A DNA stretch of 64,000 nucleotides from Alphaproteobacteria bacterium (lineage in GTDB: Bacteria; Pseudomonadota; Alphaproteobacteria; Rs-D84), in contig JAFQOQ010000009.1 of the NCBI GenBank assembly GCA_017403085.1, positions 2,096-66,095 of the forward strand. Direction: 5' to 3'. The notes below the pieces were generated by a model. The model was not told the origin of the DNA. It ran no database searches and was given only the letters and a program-made list of their open reading frames with translations. The translations under genes and the position numbers were made by a program. This document shows, one piece after another, positions 17,272 to 27,141 of this stretch (positions within the stretch are counted from its first letter, which is position 1; every line of letters starts with the position of its first letter).

Positions 17272-18324
17272 TTAATTCTGGGCAGGTGCCGCAACCGGGG
17301 CGGTGACAGGTTCTGCCACAGCAGGCGCCTGGGTTGGTAATTCAGAAATTAACTTCTGTAATCTATCAACCGTTTCAACATCATTTAATGCGGTTGCAAT
17401 TGTGTATGCAGATTCTAAATCACTGCGTGCCGCATCAATATTACCCAACTGTAAATTCAATGCCGCAGATTTTTCAAAATACTGCATTGCACTGGCCGAC
17501 AAAGATTCGCGACCTTCGGCCGTTGGCATACCCTGAATCTGTTCAGAGATTACGCGGATGGCAGATGCATAATCGTTAATCGCGTCTGCATAATTACCCA
17601 ACGCAGTGTATGCTTCGGCGCGTTCGGCATATACGTTGTATTTCACTGTGCCTTCTGGGCGGGCCAAAGAATTTGTATAATCAGCAATTGCACCTTCCCA
17701 ATTCTTTAACCACAGATTTAACTGACCACGTTTGGCATACAAATCACGCATCTGCAAAACATTGCTGGGGTTAGAAGAATTTGCCGCCAATGCGTTGTTA
17801 ATATCTGCCAGGGCCGCATTATAGTCTTCTAAGCGTACGTTCAACAATGCACGGTCATAATATGCAACCGCGTTTGCAGGATCTTTGGTCAAGGCCGCAT
17901 TGAAATCCGCCAACGCTGCACGATAATCGCCAGATTGCATATACGCTTCGCCACGCAGGATATATGATTCAACAGATGCCGCACCAGAATCAATCGCCGC
18001 AGTTAAATCAGCAATCGCTTCTTCGATATTGCCCGCGACTAATTTTGTTTTACCACTTTCATAATAATCACCGGACTGCATTAACATCTCTTCGGTAATT
18101 TCGACGTTATTTGCAGTTGGTGTCAAGTTGTGGGAACGACCCAAAATATAAAATGTTGCCGCGATAAAGAACAAAATTATAAACCAATAGACATAAATCG
18201 ATAATGACCATGGATTAAAACATGGTTTTGCATTACCTGTTTTTACCGTTGGCTTTGACGCCACAGGGCGCACTTTTGCGGTCTTTTTTAAGTTATTTGT
18301 CTTTTTTGCAGGTGTTTTTTTCAT
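17272..18324 (-). CDS. TPR-repeat membrane-anchored protein
   Basis: Basic N-terminus, one TM helix, then repeated AxxDxxxAL..P.NA..Y..RA TPR-like units. Confidence 0.7.
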   Translation of the reverse strand: MKKTPAKKTNNLKKTAKVRPVASKPTVKTGNAKPCFNPWSLSIYVYWFIILFFIAATFYILGRSHNLTPTANNVEITEEMLMQSGDYYESGKTKLVAGNIEEAIADLTAAIDSGAASVESYILRGEAYMQSGDYRAALADFNAALTKDPANAVAYYDRALLNVRLEDYNAALADINNALAANSSNPSNVLQMRDLYAKRGQLNLWLKNWEGAIADYTNSLARPEGTVKYNVYAERAEAYTALGNYADAINDYASAIRVISEQIQGMPTAEGRESLSASAMQYFEKSAALNLQLGNIDAARSDLESAYTIATALNDVETVDRLQKLISELPTQAPAVAEPVTAPVAAPAQN

Positions 18325-18353
18325 TGTGAATCTCCCTTCCTTTTAACAGAATA

Positions 18354-19052
18354 TTAGAGAGATTTTAACAGTTCGTCAATTGTTTTCTGTGAAATTTGTT
18401 CAATTTTTCCAACGGGCAATTTTCCCAGCCTTATTTTTCCAAACGAAATTCGATGTAATTTTCGCACAGGACAACCACAGGCGCGCAACACAATTCGCAC
18501 TTCGTTCTTTTTACCTTCGGTAATTGTGACGCGCAAATTATTGTCGTCCAACACATCTATTTCCATTGGTGCATATCGTATGCCATCAACAGTAATCCCA
18601 TTGCGCGCACGTGACAGGCCAGATGTATTTATGCAATTTACAGTCGCAATATATGTGCGCGGTATCTGCGATGATGGCAATGTTAATTTACGCGCCAATG
18701 CACCATCGTTTGTTAATAATAACAGACCTGTTGTCTTGTAATCCAAACGGCCAATGTATTTTAAATTTTGAAATTGTGATGGCAGACAATCATAAATTGT
18801 TTTGCGACCATCTGGGTCACGCGATGTTGTCATAACATTTATTGGTTTATGAAACATATATAATTTTGTTTCTTCGCGCGCAGATATCGTCACACCATCA
18901 ATCGTAACAACGTCCGACGCGGCAACAAAATAAACCGGCGAATCTATGACGGTGCCATTTACGGTGACGCGACCATCTGAAATCATCGATTCTGCAACGC
19001 GACGCGATGCATATCCAGAATCTGCGATAAATTTTGCAATACGGACAGTCAT
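18354..19052 (-). CDS. RsuA/RluB-family pseudouridine synthase
   Basis: N-terminal S4 domain and GRLDYKTTGLLLLTNDG motif. Confidence 0.85.
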   Translation of the reverse strand: MTVRIAKFIADSGYASRRVAESMISDGRVTVNGTVIDSPVYFVAASDVVTIDGVTISAREETKLYMFHKPINVMTTSRDPDGRKTIYDCLPSQFQNLKYIGRLDYKTTGLLLLTNDGALARKLTLPSSQIPRTYIATVNCINTSGLSRARNGITVDGIRYAPMEIDVLDDNNLRVTITEGKKNEVRIVLRACGCPVRKLHRISFGKIRLGKLPVGKIEQISQKTIDELLKSL

Positions 19053-19054
19053 TG

Positions 19055-19711
19055 TTATTTTAACACCTTGGCAATTGCGATTGGGGCGGCCAATTCCGCA
19101 CGAAGAATTGTTTTTCCCAGACTGATACCACGGGCACCAGCCGAATCCAGCGCAGCAAATTCATCGTCTGAAAAGCCACCTTCGGGGCCAACCAATACGG
19201 CAGAGACATCACAGATATCATCCGCCACATTATGACCATATGCCGCACGTTCGTCCGCAAAAACCAAACCAGATAAATCAAGGTCAGAGAATTTAACCGC
19301 CGGCAATATCTTTGGCACACTGTTGCGATTTGATTGTTCTGCGCTTTCTGTGACTATTTTCTGCATACGCGCCCAGTTGATGTTATGCGCAACTGTACGC
19401 GCCGTGATTACCGGCAAAAAAGCCGCCACACCCATTTGGGTTGCCATATTTAACAAATCATCTGTTCGTTTTATCGGCGCAAACATCAACGTGATGTTGT
19501 TTGATGGGTCGGTGTGCGACGTCTGGTCACCAATTATCATAGATTTTCCGTCGTCCGACAGGTGCGCCATAAATTCACGCCCCCCACCAAAAGCCAAACA
19601 ATCGCCACGACGCATAACGCGCGTCAAATAATGCGCAATATCCCGCGGGATAGAAACACAATCGCCCGTCTGGATATTATCTGAGATAAAAATTCTTGGA
19701 ATATTTTTCAT
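19055..19711 (-). CDS. rsmE: 16S rRNA (uracil1498-N3)-methyltransferase
   Basis: RsmE-like length. VGPEGGFSDDEF motif near the C-terminus. Confidence 0.8.
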   Translation of the reverse strand: MKNIPRIFISDNIQTGDCVSIPRDIAHYLTRVMRRGDCLAFGGGREFMAHLSDDGKSMIIGDQTSHTDPSNNITLMFAPIKRTDDLLNMATQMGVAAFLPVITARTVAHNINWARMQKIVTESAEQSNRNSVPKILPAVKFSDLDLSGLVFADERAAYGHNVADDICDVSAVLVGPEGGFSDDEFAALDSAGARGISLGKTILRAELAAPIAIAKVLK

Positions 19712-19766
19712 ATTTTTATAATTCCTGATTTATAAATTATCATTTTTCTGATATAATCTTAGCATT

Positions 19767-22010
19767 ATGGCAGTTAAATTCAACTTTTTATCCGCGTCCG
19801 GCAAAGGAAAGGGATTAGATATATTCAAATCTAGTTCGTATAAAGAGCATGAACGCACCCCAATGGCCCAAATATTTTGGACGATTCGTTGGGCAATACT
19901 AATTTGGATAATTGCGGCACTGATGTTTGCGGCCGCATTTCCGGTTGAACATATATGGCGATATGGTTGGTCACCGGCCACACGACATTGGATTAGTATA
20001 TATCTGCAAAATATGCTGGCCAGTGGGGGGATGTCTGTAATCGCAGAAATCCCATATTGGATTGGACGCAGCATTATGCGTCCTGATTTGGCATGCATAA
20101 CACCGCTGTTGCCAATTATTGGATACTTCTTTTTATCAGACGCAACATTGACCGATGAATTTAACCCGCATGGCAAAGATAAATTTGATGCAAAATCTTC
20201 GAATAAGGCAACCGCGGATGATATTAAAAAAATGGCCACGGACTTCAAAAACAAAGAGGGGTTATTTGGCGGATTTATGATGGTACTGGGGTATTTTAAA
20301 AACAAAGGTAAATCGGTACCACTGAAAATGGATGAATGTTTGTCTGCATTATTATTGGCACCCGCAGGTACCGGTAAAACTGTTGGTGTCGTTATACCTA
20401 CGGTATTGGGGTGTGATAATGTGTCAATGGTTATTAACGACCCAAAGGTTGAATTGGTGCCAAAAACGTCTGCGTATCGCGCAACCGTTGGACCAACATT
20501 TATTCTGAACTGGGCCGAACCAGACAGACCAGAACAAGGAATTTATTATCCGTCTTGGAACCCGTTGTCGCCAGAAAATATGCCGATGGAGGCAGAAGCG
20601 CGAAATACATATATCCAAACAATTGTTAATTCATTGATTGAACATAACGTCAAAGACCCACACTGGTCAAATACAGCGCGTGCGGCATTAACAGGATTTA
20701 TCAACTTTATTATTTCCAAGGTTGAACGCGCCAAGGCAGATGATTATTTCTATCACAGAATAAGCAATGGCACGTTTGACGCAGAAGACGCAGCAGTGTT
20801 GATGGATTATTACCTGACCATGAACAGTAATCCAAACGCATACGCAGCGATTGCATTATTGCAACGTGGGGAATTGAATTCTATGAACTATGTGCATGTC
20901 GGCACATGGCAAGGACTGCCCCAGGATTGGCACGGGGCCGAGGCATCAATCCCAATGTTCCTGGCGTGGTATACCGAAGGACAGATAAAAGTCGCCCAAG
21001 AATTAGAAGACAGACGTCGTCAAGGCGACCAGATGGTAATGATGGCCGACCCAATGAAAGACTTCTTGAACGAAGCAGTTGATGAATCACGCATGTATGC
21101 ATACGACCCGGACGCGACGTCTGCGCTGATTAATTTGGCAAATACACCGGACAAAGAACGCGGTTCTACGATTTCTACGATGAACGCGGGCTTGAATATT
21201 TTCCGCCATCCAGCAATTAACAAGCATACCAGAAGTTCTGATTTTCACTTTTCAGATATGCGCGGAATGATTGACCCGCGTGACGGAAAGTTAAAGCCTG
21301 TGACGGTGTATCTGGCCGTTAATGTGGCAGACGCATCTGCGTTTAGTCAGATTACAAGTATGTTTATTGAACTGCTGTCTAAGTTCTTAATCGCAAACCC
21401 ACCAGACAAGGTTAATAATGGTGAAAAAATGGGGCCGTACCCTGCCCTGTTCGTGTTGGATGAAATGCCAACAATGAATAAGTTAGAAGCGATTATCCAA
21501 GGGCCAGCCGTCGGACGTGGGCAAAAGGTGTCGTACCTGATTGTGGGTCAGGACATCAGTCAGATTGCAGAAAAATATGGCGATAAATCCGCAGATACAA
21601 TTGTGGCGAATACCGCTGCGAAAATTATTCTGCGCGTAAATGATCCAGCGACCGCAGAAAGATTTTCAAAAATGATGGGCAAAAAGATTAAGATGAAGAA
21701 AGGCGCAGACGGCAAGGAAGTGCCTAGCGAGGAAGATTTGTTCAGCCCAATGGATTTGATGACAATGAGTACCGAAAAACAATTGGTATTGTTCCAGGGA
21801 TACTATAATAAACCAATCGAAGCAGACCAGGAAAGATGGTATAGAAACAAATCCCCAATCGAAAAAGAACTGCACGCCAAGGTTATGATGGGGGCAACAT
21901 CACCATTGCCAGAATTTTTGATTCCACAGCATCATCGCGCCTTGCAATACGCCGGGAAACCACGCGTGTATAATCCAGCGACCAAGGAAATTAAAGAACT
22001 GGCACAATAA
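19767..22010 (+). CDS. TraG/VirD4-type type IV secretion coupling protein (orphan)
   Basis: N-terminal TM helices. Walker A LLLAPAGTGKTVGVVIPTVL. Walker B/DE box ALFVLDEMPTMNKL. GQDISQIAEKYG motif. Confidence 0.85.
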   Translation: MAVKFNFLSASGKGKGLDIFKSSSYKEHERTPMAQIFWTIRWAILIWIIAALMFAAAFPVEHIWRYGWSPATRHWISIYLQNMLASGGMSVIAEIPYWIGRSIMRPDLACITPLLPIIGYFFLSDATLTDEFNPHGKDKFDAKSSNKATADDIKKMATDFKNKEGLFGGFMMVLGYFKNKGKSVPLKMDECLSALLLAPAGTGKTVGVVIPTVLGCDNVSMVINDPKVELVPKTSAYRATVGPTFILNWAEPDRPEQGIYYPSWNPLSPENMPMEAEARNTYIQTIVNSLIEHNVKDPHWSNTARAALTGFINFIISKVERAKADDYFYHRISNGTFDAEDAAVLMDYYLTMNSNPNAYAAIALLQRGELNSMNYVHVGTWQGLPQDWHGAEASIPMFLAWYTEGQIKVAQELEDRRRQGDQMVMMADPMKDFLNEAVDESRMYAYDPDATSALINLANTPDKERGSTISTMNAGLNIFRHPAINKHTRSSDFHFSDMRGMIDPRDGKLKPVTVYLAVNVADASAFSQITSMFIELLSKFLIANPPDKVNNGEKMGPYPALFVLDEMPTMNKLEAIIQGPAVGRGQKVSYLIVGQDISQIAEKYGDKSADTIVANTAAKIILRVNDPATAERFSKMMGKKIKMKKGADGKEVPSEEDLFSPMDLMTMSTEKQLVLFQGYYNKPIEADQERWYRNKSPIEKELHAKVMMGATSPLPEFLIPQHHRALQYAGKPRVYNPATKEIKELAQ

Positions 22011-22013
22011 ACA

Positions 22014-22035
22014 AAACGCCCAATTGGGCGTTTTT
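22014..22035. terminator. Bidirectional intrinsic terminator
   Basis: AAACGCCC-AATT-GGGCGTTT followed by TT, between convergent genes. Confidence 0.7.
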
Positions 22036-23134
22036 ATTTCTTGGCATTATTCAATCTTAACTGGCCACAGGCCGAACCAATATCCGTGCCACGTTCGCGA
22101 CGTATGCGCGTATGAATACCGTTTTTAATCAATATATCTTGGAAACGATGCACCGCATTGCCAGACGGGGATGCAAAGTCACGCTCATCAACGGCGTTCC
22201 ATGGGATTAAATTTACCATGCAATTTTTTCCACGCAACAGGTCTGATAATTTTTCGGCGTATTCTGGGGTGGCGTTATATAACACCGTGTCGCCATTTTC
22301 GTCTTTTTTGCCCAACAGGATGTATTCTATCATTAACTGGCGGTTGTGCAGGTCCGTAAAACGCCATGCGGCATCTAAAACGTCTGATAATTTATAGCGA
22401 TTATTTATTGGCATTATTTGACTGCGCAATTCGTCGGTGGGCGCATGTAAAGATATTGCCAGGTTAATTGGACGCCCCCATTCAATTAAACGTTCTATCC
22501 CGGGTACAATACCGCATGTCGAAACCGTTATACGGCGCCAGCCAATCCCCATGTCCGTGTTGGCGCGTTCAATAAAACCGATAACGTTTTCTGTATTTTG
22601 CAGCGGTTCGCCCGTACCCATAATAACAATATGCGACACATCACCGTTATTTGCATCGCCATTTGGACGTATTGGTTTGTCCGAAGCCCTGTCGCGACGC
22701 AATTCCCATTGCGCAACCAATATTTGCGCATAAATTTCATCAGATGTTAAATTACGCTTTAACCCCAACAAGGTACTGGCACAGAATTTACAACCCATTG
22801 CACAGCCGGCCTGGGAACTGACGCAGACACTGTTGCCGTATGTTGTGCGCATTAAAACACATTCGATTTGTTCGCCATCATTTAATTCTAGTAAGAACTT
22901 GGTCGTTTCGCCGTCAGATGATTCCAGTTTTTTTACAATGCGCAGTGGTAATGTTTGGGCAACGCTATCTAAATCATGACGCAATGCATCAGGAATATTT
23001 TTCATAGATGCAAAATCAGGCGCGCCACGATTTAACCAATCGCGAATTTGTCGCGCGCGAAATTTTGGTTGGCCCATATCTGTGATAAATTTTTCTAATT
23101 CACCGTCAGTGAATGTAAATAATGTTGGTTTCAT
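22034..23134 (-). CDS. rlmN: 23S rRNA/tRNA (adenine-C2)-methyltransferase, radical SAM
   Basis: CAMGCKFCAS radical-SAM cluster, GEPL motif, C-terminal SACGQL. Confidence 0.93.
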   Translation of the reverse strand: MKPTLFTFTDGELEKFITDMGQPKFRARQIRDWLNRGAPDFASMKNIPDALRHDLDSVAQTLPLRIVKKLESSDGETTKFLLELNDGEQIECVLMRTTYGNSVCVSSQAGCAMGCKFCASTLLGLKRNLTSDEIYAQILVAQWELRRDRASDKPIRPNGDANNGDVSHIVIMGTGEPLQNTENVIGFIERANTDMGIGWRRITVSTCGIVPGIERLIEWGRPINLAISLHAPTDELRSQIMPINNRYKLSDVLDAAWRFTDLHNRQLMIEYILLGKKDENGDTVLYNATPEYAEKLSDLLRGKNCMVNLIPWNAVDERDFASPSGNAVHRFQDILIKNGIHTRIRRERGTDIGSACGQLRLNNAKK

Positions 23135-23958
23135 AATTTATACCGATTATCGTTAATTACAATTACCGCACGACGACGCAATTGTTTTAATTGCTGGTCT
23201 GCCAGGAACATCGCCTGTTTATACTGGGCATTTTGCTTGATTATATTATCCAAATCGCCGTATTCAGATGTTTTTTTGCTGGAACATATTAATAGCACAC
23301 TGCCATCTTGGCGTTTTGACCACGTCATTGTTGGCAAAGACGCAATCCGTTCGCGAATATCGGCAGATAATTCATACTGCATGGCGGTAAATTTCTGGGG
23401 GGCGCCACCAAAAGATTCTGCCATTTCAATGGCCGCGTCACAATTCTTGGGCTTTGTTAATTTGGCAGCAATATCTTCGGGAATATCGACCAGGCGAATA
23501 ATCGTCATTTCGATAGGCAGTCCCTGATCACGCGCCAACGCATTGCGTTCGGATTGAATATCTTCTTTGGTAATATCAACCGTGGGCAGAATCGTACGCG
23601 CAACAATTATTTGCCATGCAATTTCTGCACGTAATGCGTTTAGGGCCATTTCCCGCTCGGCTGCGGATAATTCGCCCAGATTCATCTTGTTTAATTCCTT
23701 TTCGACAATTGCATCTTCGGGGACCGCATTAAAATTAGATGCATACGCCAGTTTAATATTATCATCAATTATGGCCTGTAAGGCGACGCGACGATTGTCT
23801 GTTGATGTTTTTCCCTGGCGCGCCATTAACTTTGTACGCATAGTGACGTCAGTGTCAGTTATCGGCGTGCCATTGATATTGGCAACAACACTGGCGGCGA
23901 ACACGTTCGTGGTTATTGCCGCAAACATACATGTCATAAATAGCAATAGTTTTTTCAT
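23131..23958 (-). CDS. SurA-like periplasmic chaperone (N-terminal domain type)
   Basis: Signal peptide MKKLLLFMTCMFAAITTNVFA, then VANINGTPITDTDV typical of SurA_N. ATG at 23958 is preceded by AAGGAAAGAGAG. Sits downstream of lptD as in many proteobacteria. Confidence 0.7.
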   Translation of the reverse strand: MKKLLLFMTCMFAAITTNVFAASVVANINGTPITDTDVTMRTKLMARQGKTSTDNRRVALQAIIDDNIKLAYASNFNAVPEDAIVEKELNKMNLGELSAAEREMALNALRAEIAWQIIVARTILPTVDITKEDIQSERNALARDQGLPIEMTIIRLVDIPEDIAAKLTKPKNCDAAIEMAESFGGAPQKFTAMQYELSADIRERIASLPTMTWSKRQDGSVLLICSSKKTSEYGDLDNIIKQNAQYKQAMFLADQQLKQLRRRAVIVINDNRYKL

Positions 23959-23974
23959 CTCTCTTTCCTTGGGG

Positions 23975-25987
23975 TTAATATCGCTGACCTTCAATACTCA
24001 TGCCGAAACGGAATTGGAATGTTGTTGTTCCGACATAGTCTTCTTTGATTGCGTTATCACGTCTGTATTCAACCGACAGATAATAACACGGGTGCGTGTA
24101 AAAGAATCCGCCGGTATGACGTTGAAATTCATTATATTCCATGTTGTAAATCGCGTTCCAGCGCACAGACCAACGATTTGTTAATTGTATGCCGGCACCA
24201 ATGACAGCCTCGTTAATATCTTCGTCTGCGGTTTGGGCATCAATAAACTGTTGGGACCAGATATGGCCAATGTTCAGGAAATTGCGTGATGTACCAATGT
24301 TCGCAGATGTTTCAACATGACGCAACGATAGGCTTTCTTGACCCAATCTGAAACGCGTGGCAACATTTAACCATTTCGTATTGTTATAACTGATGCGACC
24401 AACATAGTCTGATGCGCCATTGTGGAAACCGCTGTTTGGATCGGTGGCAGCGCGGTCAATGAAGTCATATGTTTGACCCAAAAAGATTTCGAACGTATGT
24501 CCGTTTTCATTAAACCCAGACCAGCGCAACCCATAGTCTGCGAACGTGCCATTTTCCCATAAATCTAGGCCGGAAAAACGATTGTCTGAAAATAACGTGG
24601 AATCTGTTAATAATGCACCCGCGGAATCATTGTTTAATGCAAACCTGTCTTCGTCTGTGCGACGCATAACAGTTAAGCGGGCGCGAGGTTCCAAAATCTG
24701 GGTCCAGTTACTGGATGGGCGGAACATTGGCAGTCCCCATTCCAGATATCCACTGGGTAAAAATCTGTTTTTGAATCCAGAAAAGTTTTGCTGGTCTATC
24801 ATTTCGGTATTATTGAAATGATAAACGTCATATCGTGCAGACACACTGGCCGTTACGCGATTGCCGCCCCACAGGGTCCATGGCGTTGTCAGGCGCGCAT
24901 CGCCAATTAAACGTTGGGATGATGTGCCGTCACCAGAAATCCCCAATACGTCTGCACCAAATGTTGCATATGTTTCACCAAATAATGGCTGGGTCTGATG
25001 GACGGCGCGGATATTTGGTAAAATGTTTCCGTCGGGCGCAGAATAACGACCCGTACTGTCACGTAATTCTTGGAAAATATGTGCGTCGGCAACGATATAA
25101 CTGCTTTGCCCAAACAGTTCTAGTTTTGCACCAGAATCAAGATATGGTTGGTCCCCATAAAATCCATATTTCTGCAAATAGGTCTTATCAGATGTGCGTT
25201 CCAAAAATACAGTTGCGCGCGCATATTCGCCCAATTCTATAACATCGTCATTAAAGATATGCCAACGATTTTCCCCCGCGCGGTTATGCGTAAAAGACCC
25301 CCGGGTTCTGTATTCAGAATGTGGCGCATTTAAGCGATGTTCAATTTGAAACAGTGGATTTTCCTGGGTCAGATATGATGTTGTCAGCGTCACATCATGC
25401 GTATCAGATATCGCAATATACAACGGTATATTTATCTGGGTGCCCATCTTGTTTGTAGATTCAAAATCAGGCATCAAAAAGCCCGTCTTGTGCTTAATAC
25501 CCGGATCAGGCATTTCAAAGAACGGCAACCATAATACGGGTATGTCATACGTCCATAAAATCGGACTGTAAAACCGCAACATACGCGTATCCATATTATG
25601 AACAATTTTATAGGTCGAAATCTTCCACGCATCACCGAACGAGTCGCAATTGTCACATGCAGTAAATAATGCGTTGCGCGCAATTGTTATATCGCCTTTG
25701 CGTTCAATATTCTCAGATTCTATATAAACATGGTTACCCAGCCACAAACGGATATCATCACCAGATAAACTTTCACCATTTTTGGTCAAATACGAATCAA
25801 TCAATGTCATACGCTGGCCAGATGCATTAACAATTTCTGTATCGCCAGTTGTTTTAATTGTTTCTGTCTTTAAATCGTATTCGATTTTGTCGGCGGTTAT
25901 AACCTTAGGCTCGGACATATCGACAGAGGCACCAAGTACAACACTTGGCAATAAAAGCACAGTAAAAAATGAAATTATTTTTTTCAT
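23975..25987 (-). CDS. lptD: LPS-assembly outer-membrane protein LptD
   Basis: 670 aa, signal peptide, OstA-like N-terminus, large beta-barrel rich in aromatic residues. lptFG-lptD-surA context. Confidence 0.85.
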   Translation of the reverse strand: MKKIISFFTVLLLPSVVLGASVDMSEPKVITADKIEYDLKTETIKTTGDTEIVNASGQRMTLIDSYLTKNGESLSGDDIRLWLGNHVYIESENIERKGDITIARNALFTACDNCDSFGDAWKISTYKIVHNMDTRMLRFYSPILWTYDIPVLWLPFFEMPDPGIKHKTGFLMPDFESTNKMGTQINIPLYIAISDTHDVTLTTSYLTQENPLFQIEHRLNAPHSEYRTRGSFTHNRAGENRWHIFNDDVIELGEYARATVFLERTSDKTYLQKYGFYGDQPYLDSGAKLELFGQSSYIVADAHIFQELRDSTGRYSAPDGNILPNIRAVHQTQPLFGETYATFGADVLGISGDGTSSQRLIGDARLTTPWTLWGGNRVTASVSARYDVYHFNNTEMIDQQNFSGFKNRFLPSGYLEWGLPMFRPSSNWTQILEPRARLTVMRRTDEDRFALNNDSAGALLTDSTLFSDNRFSGLDLWENGTFADYGLRWSGFNENGHTFEIFLGQTYDFIDRAATDPNSGFHNGASDYVGRISYNNTKWLNVATRFRLGQESLSLRHVETSANIGTSRNFLNIGHIWSQQFIDAQTADEDINEAVIGAGIQLTNRWSVRWNAIYNMEYNEFQRHTGGFFYTHPCYYLSVEYRRDNAIKEDYVGTTTFQFRFGMSIEGQRY

Positions 25988-27042
25988 TTCTTGGACAACA
26001 CGCCTAGGATTATCAATAATAATGCACCCAAACCAAACGCCAATAACACAAATTCAGTCATACTGCCAATAACGTTTGATATGGACATGTATAATGCCAT
26101 AACGCCTGCCATGGATGCAACCGCAACAATTGGCGCAAAACTGGCACGACGACGCAACAACGACGAACGTAATAATACGCATACGCACAAGGCCGCTAAA
26201 AGCAAATTCATAAATGGTGATAAAAACCGATTACACAATTCAGTTAATATCATTTTTTGCTGCTTTTTAGTTTCTGCATCAAACGCAACACGCAACAATG
26301 CCAATGTTGGCACGCGACGAACACGGAAGGATGTATTACCGTCTTTATCAACAACGTTCAAATCCATGTCAAATGTATCAAATGTACCAGTCACCATATG
26401 ATTGCCACTGGATTGTAATGCGCCATTTGTCATTACCAAGGACAGGCCACGAATAGTTAAAACCAACTTGCCCTTTTCTGCAAAAATCATGCTGGGGGAT
26501 TTTTCATCACGCATGTCAGACAACATAACCTGACTAAGATCATGGCCAGAAACCTTATCCACATAGACAACCAGACCATTTGATATTTCTGTAAAGGCCC
26601 CTTCTTGCAGTTTCATATGCGCCATACCATATTGCAAATTCCACTGGGTATCATAAAACTGGCCCTGGGATGCGGGGACAATAAATATATTTAAAAATAA
26701 ATGCAACGCAGTCAGAACAGTGGCCAACAACAATGCCGGACGTGCAATTTGACGTGGCGCCAGGCCAGATGCCGCCATAACCGTTACTTCGTTATCAGAT
26801 ATCAATTTATTATAAACAAATATCACCGCAATAAACGTGACGAACGGGATAATTATTGACATAATAAACGGTATCATTAACGCGGTTAATCCCAAAAAAC
26901 TGCCCAAATCGATGCCGTATTTTAACAAAAACTTCATCATGGACATAATTTGCATCATCCACGCCAAACCAGTTAAAACCAGCAACAGCATGATAAAAAT
27001 CGCAACCAATTGGCGTAAAAAATACTTGTTCAGAATCTTCAT
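25984..27042 (-). CDS. LptF/LptG-family LPS export permease
   Basis: MKILNKYFLRQL start typical of the YjgP/YjgQ family, with six TM segments. Track start 27078 is a TTG without an SD. Confidence 0.8.
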   Translation of the reverse strand: MKILNKYFLRQLVAIFIMLLLVLTGLAWMMQIMSMMKFLLKYGIDLGSFLGLTALMIPFIMSIIIPFVTFIAVIFVYNKLISDNEVTVMAASGLAPRQIARPALLLATVLTALHLFLNIFIVPASQGQFYDTQWNLQYGMAHMKLQEGAFTEISNGLVVYVDKVSGHDLSQVMLSDMRDEKSPSMIFAEKGKLVLTIRGLSLVMTNGALQSSGNHMVTGTFDTFDMDLNVVDKDGNTSFRVRRVPTLALLRVAFDAETKKQQKMILTELCNRFLSPFMNLLLAALCVCVLLRSSLLRRRASFAPIVAVASMAGVMALYMSISNVIGSMTEFVLLAFGLGALLLIILGVLSKK

Positions 27043-27103
27043 ATAACGCAGTATAAAATATAACTTTGCCCTTTTCAAGGTATAGATACACCGAAAAAGA
27101 CTT

Positions 27104-27128
27104 AAAAAAATCCCCCGAAACGGGGGAT
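27104..27128 (-). terminator. Intrinsic terminator after infB
   Basis: ATCCCCCG-AAA-CGGGGGAT, with a T-run on the minus strand. Confidence 0.7.
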
Positions 27129-27141
27129 AATTTTTGCATTT

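Noticed and set aside
19730-20305. 191-aa minus-strand ORF at the T4CP 5' end
   Set aside because: It is antisense to the TM-helix region and Walker A upstream region of the coupling protein. It has no motif and would collide with the rsmE-divergent promoter region.
23567-24184. 205-aa plus-strand ORF
   Set aside because: It spans the surA-like/lptD junction on the opposite strand of two well-supported genes, and its composition is typical of antisense translation.
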